A DNA stretch of 63,524 nucleotides, counting the filler, from Reticulomyxa filosa (Eukaryota; Protista; Foraminifera): NCBI GenBank assembly GCA_000512085.1. It is 22 parts of 22 records of this genome, joined end to end, with 100 filler letters (N's around TTAATTAATTAA, not from the genome) between each part and the next. Parts side by side here need not be neighbours in the genome. Positions count along the whole stretch, not along the records: positions 52,926 to 57,241 come from ASPP01008076.1; positions 57,342 to 58,926 come from ASPP01022072.1; positions 59,027 to 60,417 come from ASPP01040796.1; positions 60,518 to 63,524 come from ASPP01018175.1; 18 more parts are not named here. One strand, 5' to 3'. The position numbers and the translations under genes are program-made. The notes under the pieces are model-generated. The model was not told the DNA's origin and did no database searches. It saw nothing but the letters and a program-made list of their open reading frames with translations. Positions 53,200 to 63,524 of this stretch are shown one piece after another. Each line of letters opens with the position of its first letter. The first letter of the stretch is position 1.

Positions 53200-55520
53200 T
53201 TCCAATATTTTTTTTGTACGTTGCATTTTTTGCAACTTTTTTCCCTGTCGCTTTTCGTCGTTGTCTTTTTCATCATCCCGATCTTTATTGATATTTTTCT
53301 TCCTTCTTGTTTTTTTTACTTTTTTATTGTTTGCTTTACTTTACGTTGCTTGCTTTTTTTTTTTGTAAGCATATTTTTTAATGATATTAATGCGTGTTTA
53401 TTAGTTTGTTTAATTTTTTTTTTACTTCTTGAAATTAATGGACTTTTTTTTTTTGAATTATCGTGGTCATGTCGCTGTTCATACTTATGTCATTTACATT
53501 ATTTAGATATATTGCTTTCCTTCAAATTCGATTTATTGCTACACGCAAAACAATCGTTTTGTCTAGTAGTCGTCGATGTTTTCCGGTGCGTTGACTTGGC
53601 GCATTCTTTTGCATCTTGCTTGCATGAACTTGCACTTATTATTAACTCTCTTGTGTTCGGATGCCTATGTCATCTCTTTACGATGCGCGCGATGTCCTGG
53701 TTTTCTTCCCTTTTCCAACGGCACTTACAGTGGACTTAATGCATGTTATGGCGCTCTTCGAACACATATGTTGGCTCATAATCAGTCACCACTTTCCTTC
53801 CATGTGGTTGAAGATTTGTCCATTTCGCTTGCATTTGTGGTTTTTTTGCACCCACATGCAAATGAAAAACATTTAATTGTTAGTATTAGTCCAAAAAATT
53901 TGATTTGTGAAATGTCAAATTCAATCTGTGATTTAAGTCTGTTTATCTGATCATAGAAAAAAACTGTCAATTTTGTTATATATGTAAAAGTTTTCAAATC
54001 AGATAATATATCCAAAATATCAATGAACAAATGCTGTTCAATATAAGTCTCTTCATATTCTTTATACGTCAATCTATTTTAACAATTCAGCATTTATGCG
54101 CTCCAAGTGCAAAAAACTTTGTATGTAAAAACCTTATGATGTCGAATATGTATTTATTATAGTATCGTCAAAATTCATTTTTGTTAATTCTTTTATTACA
54201 TAACAATCAAGTCTGCTATTGTCAAACTGTTTGATAGCGACTTATCCAAAATGACATACAAGTCAGCAACTTTTTTCACCACATTATGGTTTTTTATACT
54301 TGCAAACTCATCTCATTACTTCTTGAATTCAATGTTGACAATGTCAACACACAATTTGTTATTGACCATAATACTGTCATTCACTGCTAATTCACATTAA
54401 TTTTATTTATTCTTCTAATCATAATATCTTTCTTTATTGCACAAATTCTCAATTTCGTCTGCATTACCTTGTTTTGTATCAAAAATCTTTTGATATTGTC
54501 AAATTCAATGACTTCATTTGCTTCGTGCTAATCATTATTTGAAAAAAAACAACAATTTTTTTTTCAAATTTTGTAACTAATGTATATAACATTTTTATAA
54601 CAATTACTTCATTTATATTGTATTTATATTGCAAAAAAAAAAAATCATAATTAATAAAATGAATACCTTTATGTAAAAAGTATAAATTACGCTCATTGTT
54701 TGCTTGAAACACGACACTTGATTTTTCCAGCAAATACGTTTCCAAATATGATCATAATATATTTCCTTCTTTTGTCTTATCTGTAATATTTTGATGAATT
54801 TACCGAAACCACTACTGTTGTTCATCATTGTCCATGTGTTACCGTTTGCTTCCAATATTGAACTTCTGTTATAATATTTAGCTCAATGATCGATGTTTCC
54901 ATCGACTTAGACAGATCTCCATTGCTAAGCAGCTCATAAATTTGATTGTTTCTGTCTAGAGATAACATTATATTGAGAAAAAAAAGTTAATGAGAAAAAA
55001 GTTTCAAAATTTACACAAAAAAAAATTTAAATATTCAAAGTTTTTTGCTCAACTTTGATTGCTCTTGACTCTCCGCACACAATAATGAATGTATTACATT
55101 TGCGCCGAACAATTCGCATATAAGAACGATCTGACATACCTTATGCATCTGGTCATCCTTGAGGCTGCTTCACTTGCTTGCTTTGTGAATATCATCGATA
55201 ACGTCTTGTCCGATATTTGTAGACACTTATAATTGTTAATTGCGACATGTCGTCATTTTTGATTTCATAACACATAACAAAGCAAACATTTTTTTTTGTT
55301 TTAAAAAAGTTACAAAAACAATAATTTTTTTCTGCTCCCACCCCTTTTTGATTATTGTAACGTTGTGATTATACGTACAAAAAACGCACCAAAATGGTCG
55401 ATACACGTTTTTTCGTGGCATGCATTTGAATCGAACGTGCAAATTGTGCAACAATGCATCATTTTTATGTACAATAACATATACATATCCGTGACATCTA
55501 ATTCCTTTGGGTTTAGCACA
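53200..55520 (-). pseudogene. Decayed myosin heavy chain gene
   Basis: IIVCGES (broken P-loop), LEANGNTWTMMNNSSGFGKFIKI (switch I), ETYLLEKSSVVFQANNERN; many stops and frameshifts. The 3' boundary is approximate. Confidence 0.8.
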
Positions 55521-56263
55521 CCTGAAAGAAAAAAAATCCTACTTTACATTATTAACATTAAATAAAATAAAAACAAATAAAAATTATCTACTTTGTTATT
55601 AATTTGACGTAGCACCACAAACTAGCAAAGAAAATATAAAAAAATAAGAGAAATATACCAACAATCATATTTTTGTAGTTCAATACTATATAGAAAATTG
55701 TCCAGAATTAACACCAAAGAATCGAATTTTTTGACTATTATATTAGTATTGCAATTGACAGAACACTTTCAGAAATGAATGCAGCATGAGTTAGATTTTA
55801 ACGTGCTGTGTCGATGTAGTAACTGACATGTTTCTGTTCATTTAAGATTTCTTATAATAAATCTTTTTTTGATTTTTAAGTTTTTTAAGGCAACAAAAAG
55901 AAAATTATTCAATTATTTTCAAAAAAACTTTTGTCCCAAAAGATGATTAAGAGTCTCAATTCAATATGTTACCTGTCAAATCTTACATCTTTTTCTACCT
56001 CTTTTCTAATTGATAAGAGGGCTATGCTTTCAATCAAAAATAAGAGCTCGAGAAGAGGAGACAGTTTCAGGAAAAAGGGTTTTCAGTTCGTGCAGAACTT
56101 TCCTTTTTGTTAAAAACTAAAAAAAATTTTGTTGAAGAAGTAACCTTAATTTTGTGTTTGTTTTTGAAAATGTGGTGTATTGCATTGTGAGTGAAAATTT
56201 TTGTTGAATACATTACAAATCTGTACATGACAAACAAACAAATAATAAAGAAAATTGTTGGCC

Positions 56264-56998
56264 TTACAAAATGGAACAAGAACAAGAAGATGATTCCTGA
56301 TCTTTGTCATCATTTTTTTCGGTGACAGTAGTGGGATTGCGGGTAGGGGGTTCGGCGGTGGCTTGAGTAACGTCAGATTGAACAGAGAGCCTTCCCCCAA
56401 CAACAATAAGCTCCAATGTGGTTTTGTCCCCGATGTCATATTCGGCCATCAATTTATTTTTGTCTTCCATCATTGGATTAGGTTCATTTCCATTCGCTTC
56501 GTTTTCTTTGTCACTTTTCAGTAGACGCAGCTGGCACATTTCATTTGTGATGTTACGCGGCAACTCTTTACGATGCTGCTCGATAAGCAGTGCTAACATG
56601 TCATTGATTGTATATTCGTGTACATTACACATTATTGTAAACAAGTGATGTTCCGCCGTATAATTGACGTATACTCGACAGGCTTCGATCCGTATCGATT
56701 TACGACCGCCCGGTACAACCAATAGTAACAGTTCCATGCCACTCAGTATACTATAATAAGACAGTGTCTCTTTATCTGCAAGTGCTTTATTCTGCAATAT
56801 TTCTTGGTAATCAATTTTGTCTGGTGGTGTATCGCCGAGGTTATCATCGTCAATTACCAGTATCATATCTTCAACTTCTATTGCTGGATCTTTCTCGTGA
56901 ATGCGTTTCTTTATGTTCAATATCGTTTCTTCTTCCATGTCCACTTCTTCCAAATCTAGTTGTTTTTTATTCAAATAACGAATCTGAAGCGTATCCAT
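56264..56998 (-). CDS. Tandem ubiquitin-like domain protein with a Gly-Gly after each domain and a C-terminal CaaX
   Basis: UBL1: TILNIKKRIHEK...KALADKETLSYYSI...LLLLVVPGG. UBL2: TINDM...LMAEYDIGDKTTLELIVVGG. C-terminus SSSCSCSIL*. Intact, no intron. Confidence 0.82.
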   Translation of the reverse strand: MDTLQIRYLNKKQLDLEEVDMEEETILNIKKRIHEKDPAIEVEDMILVIDDDNLGDTPPDKIDYQEILQNKALADKETLSYYSILSGMELLLLVVPGGRKSIRIEACRVYVNYTAEHHLFTIMCNVHEYTINDMLALLIEQHRKELPRNITNEMCQLRLLKSDKENEANGNEPNPMMEDKNKLMAEYDIGDKTTLELIVVGGRLSVQSDVTQATAEPPTRNPTTVTEKNDDKDQESSSCSCSIL

Positions 56999-59139
56999 TC
57001 TTTTATTATCTCTTTGTTTATATTTCGTTGACACAAATCTAGGGAGGCTCTTTTAGAAAAAAAATACTATACCCTTTTTTGAGTGTGTACAAAAATTTGG
57101 AAGGTCTTCGGAAATTTATATATCAATGCATTTAAGTTTCAAAACAAGCTAACTGGCATGAAAATCGCTTGTTGAGCAAATAATTTTAGCAAGAGTATCA
57201 AAAGAATCCCGCAATGTTTTTAAAAATAATTTTTAAAAACANNNNNNNNNNNNNNNNNNNNNNNNNNNNNNNNNNNNNNNNNNNNTTAATTAATTAANNN
57301 NNNNNNNNNNNNNNNNNNNNNNNNNNNNNNNNNNNNNNNNNTTATATCTTTCGTAGTTTTTTGAAAAAATTCAACTTGAAGTTTTATTTGATGTAAGTTG
57401 AGTTTTGTAACATAATTGACACGATGTAGTCAACTGTTATATTTGTAATTTAGACAATAAAACATAATATTCAGATTGTCATTTTTAAATATTTTTTATC
57501 AATTCCATTATTTACCTTGCAGTCATGTATAACACCTTTTGAACCGAAGCAAATTCAAATTGTGTAGTCATTTAATTTTATCTTATCTTTCAAGTCTTAG
57601 TTCAATTATTATTTTAGAACACTTGGTTTGTGTTGTTGGAGTCATTGGGATTTAGAAGTTCCTCTCCAATGTTAGAATCAGCAACAACAAAAAATCGAAT
57701 AATGTGTTTTGGATTTTTCGGAAAATGTTGTGTTTTTCTTTTCTGGATTTTGTTTCATTGTCCTTATCTTCTAACTAAGAGTTTTGATCTTCTTCATGCG
57801 CATGCAATGCAACCCACTTTTTCCAAAAGTGGGTCAATGCTCATTGTGTATGTGGCACTAATAAGGACAAATCTACATTGTCCAACAGTCAACACAAATC
57901 AATAATCTCACTGCCCATAAGTAAGGAGTAGTGTTTGCTTGTAGTATCTATTAGCACGTTGTTGATTCATTTTGCCAAATGAGATATGTTCCAGTCCACG
58001 ACATAGCATAAATCCTATTTTTATTTGCTTTTTTTTTGCATGCAACAAAGCATTATGCAAGTATCCATATAAAACGACAACAATAATACAAAACAAATAC
58101 GTAACAAGACATTCTGTAAGCAATGCAACATAAGACTCATTAGAAAATTTGTCTGTCTGGTCAGTGCATTGTTCTTCAATTAGCCATGGCTGGCGCTATT
58201 GTCTAGCAATGACAGTTTGTTTTGTAACTTTCCACACAAAATATCGTCGTACACAATGATTCCATTGCATCGTTGCAATGTATGAGTGAATTTTATCAAA
58301 GGTAACATCAGTTTCGGATTGACGCACAACACAATTCATCTTTTTAAATTCCTTCAACAATGACATTTCCGTTCAAAAAAACAATCAAGTCAGAACAATT
58401 GTAAATTGCATTTTATATTTTTTTTCATTCGCAAAGTATGAATGTACTGAAATTTAGTGCAAACTCTGGACAATTACTCGAGATGATTTATGAATGTACA
58501 TGCATATCTACGCATTTATATTTTTTCCTTTTTTTAATTTTTTTTTTAAAAATATTTGTGTAAACTTGCAGGAGGCAAGTTTATTTTGATATTTAAATAC
58601 AATTTTTATTTATTGTGCTTTTCAATTTTTTAAACAACAAATTAAGATAAAACAAGTCCTTCAATGTTTGCATTCAATCAAATTACACAAACTTAATTTT
58701 CTTTTAATCAAACTTTTCAAACAAAACAATTTCATTTCTTATTCGACAAAAAGTAAATTATCCCCAAATACGAATGGGACCTTTCCATGAACCATAACAC
58801 AAATTCAAATCATATGCGACATTATTTGTCTTCTCTTTCTTTTTCAATCCAATAAATTTAAGAGAAGTTATTCCATTATCTACTCTCTCATCTCCTTTGA
58901 TCATAAACAATTCATTCTTATTTGATNNNNNNNNNNNNNNNNNNNNNNNNNNNNNNNNNNNNNNNNNNNNTTAATTAATTAANNNNNNNNNNNNNNNNNN
59001 NNNNNNNNNNNNNNNNNNNNNNNNNNTTTTTTTTTTTTTTCAAAAAAAAAAAAAAAAAAAAAAAAAAGAGGGTCTCTTTTGCGAAATGCCGCAATATTGA
59101 TTTTTTTTAAAAAAAAAAAATTTTCAACTAAGAAAGAAA

Positions 59140-59777
59140 GATTCACGCCATTTGTGATTGAATACAAATCATCACCTGATGTGGGCCAATACGTAATACT
59201 GGGGATAAGCTTCGTGTGGTTGGTAACGTGCTGCAAACAGCCATTTATTGTGTTTCGCCGATTTTTGATGATTCATAGTTTTTTGTTTTTATGTCGGGCG
59301 TCGTGTTTATTGGGAACGCAATTGCCGAATCCATACCAAGGATATCCAATGCAGCAATGGAGCGACAATATCTTATACGAGGCGCTGCTGGTGAACTTAC
59401 GTTACAAAATCACTCGAACAGATGTGTTTTATAGTGGACACACGGTGTCAATGACGTGTCTGGCTTTGATGATCGAGTACTATCACGACAATACGCCTTT
59501 TCAAAGATTTCTCAGTATCTTTGTGTGGATGCTCACACTCATCACCTTGTATTTGATCATCGCCGTCAAGTTCCATTACACCATTGACGTGTTGATCGCC
59601 TTTCAATTGACCATCTTCACGTGGAAGATATATCATATGGCCACCGAGTCACACATGGTCAGGCAGTCCATACCCATTCTTGACTTCTTGGAAGGGGATG
59701 TCATTGAGCAAAATTCGTACAGTGATACCTTTCAAGAGCGTATTTCTAAGTCTCTTAGTCACAGCAAACAGTTGTGA
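59140..59777 (+). CDS. Sphingomyelin synthase / IPC synthase family (PAP2_C), 5'-partial
   Basis: TQLPNP, DVFYSGHT and HYTIDV catalytic motifs with TM helices. Confidence 0.9.
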
Positions 59778-60056
59778 CAGCTGGTTGTTTTTTTTTTTTT
59801 TAATTCGGTGCTAATGTGTATTATGGAGAGCAGTATACTTTAACTTTTTTTGGATCAGTCCCAATTCATCGTTTTATTTTTTCTGTTTACCTTCAAACCG
59901 AATTAGTCACAATATCAAATCTTCTCACCTAAAAAAAAAGGAAAAAAAGGAACTTCGAAAAATGAAAGCAGGATCAAACATTAGGATTTTTTTGATCACA
60001 TATTATATATATCTTTGGTTGAACCTTTCTTTTTGTGTTGAAAAGGTCTTAAGTGA

Positions 60057-60347
60057 ATGATGGCAGAAAACGAAGATTCTCAAGAAACTCCGGCTTCGCA
60101 AGTTCCTCTCAGTGAAGACGCGATGACATATGATGACGGGGCAGAAGAAAATATAAAAGTGGCGGTGAGAATCCGTCCACTGAATGCACGCGAAAAACAG
60201 AAGGAAAGCAAGGTGATTGTGAAAGTACAAGGCAATTCCTTGTGGTTGACAGATCCAACGAAGAACGCAGATAAAAAATTTGATTATGACTTTGTATATC
60301 AATCCTTCGATGCAAATAACTGTGCCACCAATGAAGATATTTTCAAA
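60057..60347 (+). CDS. Kinesin-3 (KIF1/13/28-like) motor first exon, 3'-partial
   Basis: ENIKVAVRIRPLNARE...KKFDYDFVYQSFD; donor GTTTTG at 60348. Confidence 0.88.
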
Positions 60348-60517
60348 GTTTTGCTATCAATGTACAAACTGTTATTTACGGACATAGTGTGACGACATTT
60401 TTTTGTGGAAAAAAAAANNNNNNNNNNNNNNNNNNNNNNNNNNNNNNNNNNNNNNNNNNNNTTAATTAATTAANNNNNNNNNNNNNNNNNNNNNNNNNNN
60501 NNNNNNNNNNNNNNNNN

Positions 60518-61147
60518 GGAGTTTGAAGTTAAACTTAAACTTTGAGATGGATTGCCATCATTCAAATCGTAATCCAAGTCCATATCATTATGATGATGAT
60601 GATGATGATGATGATCATTATGATGATCATTATGATAAGCTTGCTTTGCTTCTCTTCCCTCTTCTTCTTCTTCTTCTTCTCTTGTTTTATATATGGCGTA
60701 GACATGCCTTGATCTTTGCACTGCTTGCACACTATCTTTAGCTCGTCTCGATACTGTTATCCCAACTGGCTTCGATTGTAATCGCTCTCTATGCTTTGGC
60801 TCGCTTACGCCGACTTGGTGTGGTCGCTTTCCCAAAAATAATGGGTAGCGAATTGTGGTGCCATTGCTCTTGCTCGTCGCTTTAGACATTGGCCTCGCTG
60901 CTATCACTGGCTTTCGGCTCGCTGCTACTTTGCTCACGTTTGCTATCTTCTTCGTCACTTTCGGCTTTTCCACACTTTCGGAACGTCCGCACTGGAACAT
61001 CAACCGCTTCATGTCATCGCGAACATTTATCCCCATCTGGCAATTGTCAAAGGTATGCTCTACCGTTCTCTCCACATTCAAATAATAAAGCAAATTGGTG
61101 CAAAGGATTGTATCTGGCACATTCAACTCTCTTTCTGTCGGATACAT
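60518..61147 (-). CDS. Hypothetical protein with poly-E and poly-H tracts, 3'-partial
   Basis: Open frame of about 210 codons with coding-like composition; no motif recognised. Confidence 0.5.
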
Positions 61148-61596
61148 GTTGAACGAGGGGTATCCTAAACTTCAAACCAAAAAACTTTTCGACTCATCTT
61201 TTACCTTGATGTCATTTTTTGTTTTTTTGTTTTTTTCTTTCTCTGTTCTTCCCCTTCTTAAGAGTATTGCTCTTGTCGAGTGTTAAAATAGTTGATGTCG
61301 TCTTTCGTGTCTCCAGAAAACAAAAGGAATGAGGCTGTTGCCTAATTTCCAATGTGTTGAATGAATCATTAAGTTAAGTTATTTGAAAAATTTTAAAAAA
61401 TAAAAGTGCCAACATTTTAATTTACTTTGACACCTGGAACAAACAAATTCATTTAGCCAAAGAATTTTACAGAAGTTTATAGGTCAAAGCTTTTCCTCAC
61501 GACAGGAATGAATTAGAACCGAGTTAGTTTGCCTTTTTTTTTCCAAAAAAAACAAAAAAAATTGAATTAGCTAAAACAGTTGAAAAAACATTTTTT

Positions 61597-62169
61597 TTAA
61601 TAACCAAAAGTGATGAAGCGCTCGCCATGCTCGTTGATAACAGTATGCAATTCTGCTGTTGGCAAGCGATGTGCAACGGCATGATTCATTTTTAAGTCTC
61701 CAAAACTCCATGTGTTTTTCTCAAAACAGATTTTGTCCAAGCGTGCATATAACAATGGGATGGAAGTAGAGTTAAAAAATTTCAAACTACTTGGAGACAT
61801 CATCGTGTTTGACACCATCATTCCCACCGTTGTGTACGTGTCAAAGGTGTGACGGGACTCTAACACTCCAACCAATTCTCTAACAAAACGTACTGGCAAA
61901 CGTTTGGGTTTGAATGTATCAAGTGAAAATTTCGATTGTCCAATGATACTTATTGTTCGTTGTTTCAAATTGCCTGAGTCTTGAGTACTGCCTTTTTCTT
62001 TATTATAAAGAAGACCCTTAAAGTCGCAACCACCGTCCCCAGTGGCACCACAGTGTGTTAGTTGTACGATGTTTCGTAATATGCTTCCATTTGAGAGAGC
62101 CTTTACGACTATTCGTTCAAAATGGACGCCACATATTTGAGGTGACAGCTCCTTACTTTTTGAGAGCAT
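61597..62169 (-). CDS. RRG7/DUF2034-like (Mrr-type) restriction-endonuclease-fold protein
   Basis: GVHFE, CGATGDGGCDFKG, IIGQSK, VRELVGVL, GMMVS, SIPL fit the G..E / DGG.D / Q.K / REL.G pattern. Confidence 0.75.
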   Translation of the reverse strand: MLSKSKELSPQICGVHFERIVVKALSNGSILRNIVQLTHCGATGDGGCDFKGLLYNKEKGSTQDSGNLKQRTISIIGQSKFSLDTFKPKRLPVRFVRELVGVLESRHTFDTYTTVGMMVSNTMMSPSSLKFFNSTSIPLLYARLDKICFEKNTWSFGDLKMNHAVAHRLPTAELHTVINEHGERFITFGY

Positions 62170-62594
62170 TGTTGGTCCAAATAGTAGTAAATTTTGTGTT
62201 TAAGCTATGGAGGTCTCCTCCAAACTTGCTTGAAGAAAACACTTTGCAAAAACTTGATATTTTTCAAATGAGAAGTTAGTCGTTTTGTAAAACCGGTTCC
62301 GCTTACCCTTGTTTTAATTCAACAAGTTGTGTAGGTTTTGATGTTATATAGTGGAAGCATTGATTTTTTTTTTTTTGTGGCGTAAAAAGAAAAGGTACGG
62401 AATATTCAAAAAAACGCGGCAAAACAAACTTTTGACATTGAAACAGTCTTTATTGACGTAAACAACCAAACAAGTGAAATTTCAAAAAAACAGTTGAGAA
62501 AACTAAGTTGTGCTCTTCATGTCTATCATTGTGCAAACACAATAACAAAATGAAAAATATTTGAAAGGCGCAAAAAAAAAAAAAAAAGGCAGAA

Positions 62595-63109
62595 TTAATA
62601 TCCCCTAGACACATGCTTTTCAATGTCTAAAAATGGTCTGTTGCTATACAAACGATTACTAGCAAGAAGTTTGCACAACTCATGAGCCTTGTTATATAAA
62701 CATTGAATTCTCGCGGATTCACTATTGGGAAATTTATGTGTCGATAAAATGTACTCTTTCACTATCTCGAAGCGATTTAATTCCCAACCTAATTGTATCT
62801 TTTCACCATAGATTCTGCCATACTTATCGCCACTCTGCTTTAATGACTCAATCAACCGAAACACGCGTCTAAAGGGACACACCATTTTTGCCAATGTTTA
62901 TTTGCTTTTTTGTTTGTGTATTGTTTTTTTTATCAACTCAACATCCTGGCTTTAACATATACTTCATTTGAAAAAGGCCCAGTCTCAGCCTCTGTCAGAG
63001 ATATGCTTTCTACAAATGAGATTGCGCTTGCTTTGTCGTTTTCTGCCTTTCCGTCTATCTTTGTGTCTACCTTTGCGTCTTCATTAATCTTGACTTCTGA
63101 TGCATTCAT
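62595..63109 (-). CDS. Hypothetical two-exon protein
   Basis: ORFs 62933-63145 and 62595-62894 separated by a short A-rich segment; no motif recognised. Confidence 0.45.
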
Positions 63110-63524
63110 GACTTTATTTGTAGAGCTTCGAATTAAAACACGCAAAAATTTGATTAATAATATATATCTTTATGCGATATATTTTGATAATGGAAGAAAA
63201 TGGAGAAATGTTCAACTTACAAGTTTTTTTATTTTTTGAAGGGAAGCAAGAAAATTTTCTTTGGAAATGATAGGACACGAGCCAGTTGAAAGCAAAAAAA
63301 CAAAATCTAAACTGCACTGAGAAAGTCTTTGGTATAAATTGTGTTCATGAACTTGGAGTTGAGGATCAGTTTTCAAAGTATTAAAAACGTTTTCAACAAA
63401 TAACAATGGACAAACAAAAAACCTGCACAGTGAATGGCATGACAAAACAAGTTTGCCTTCAAAGAAAAACAAAAAGCCACTATTAACAAAACAATGACAA
63501 ATAGTTGTTTTTTTTTTTTTTTTT

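Noticed and set aside
53186-53950. Hydrophobic + strand ORFs (also 7422-7823, 9932-10747, 31195-31557, 52231-52422)
   Set aside because: Antisense shadows of K/E-rich coding or decayed sequence.
7913-60517. Recurring TTAATTAATTAA between N-runs as a repeat array or biological motif
   Set aside because: Fixed 100-bp artificial linker joining unrelated contigs; not CRISPR or telomeric.

Overview
This is not one continuous locus. It is 22 short, AT-rich eukaryotic contigs joined by 21 identical artificial 100-bp linkers (N44-TTAATTAATTAA-N44, with stops in all six frames), so synteny across linkers has no meaning. The DNA is from an intron-rich protist. Short GT-AG introns full of microsatellites, the WD40, NACHT and actin paralogues, and the homopolymer frameshifts resemble a foraminiferan such as Reticulomyxa (inference). 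Recognisable, mostly partial genes: a CDIN1/TPD nuclease, a large flavin amine oxidase, the Aquarius N-terminus, a PH-BEACH protein, a sulfotransferase, a UBR-type E3, UDP-sugar pyrophosphorylase, a GT31 galactosyltransferase, a non-canonical poly(A)/TUT polymerase, a DHHC enzyme, a USP9X/24-like C-terminus, a Yippee protein, a divergent actin, NACHT and RNF213-like fragments, a sphingomyelin/IPC synthase, kinesin-3 and an RRG7-like nuclease. Decayed LINE, WD40 and myosin sequences are also present. The best candidate for undescribed biology is an intronless gene (56264-56998, minus) for two tandem ubiquitin-like domains, each ending in Gly-Gly, followed by a C-terminal CSCSIL prenylation tail. 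Other leads are a LIR-coiled-coil-Yippee protein, an actin with Q137R/H161E substitutions, an amine oxidase with a possible Tudor-knot-like segment, a near-perfect hairpin of about 95 nt, and frequent GTT 5' splice sites. All family calls are from motif recognition, not database searches.
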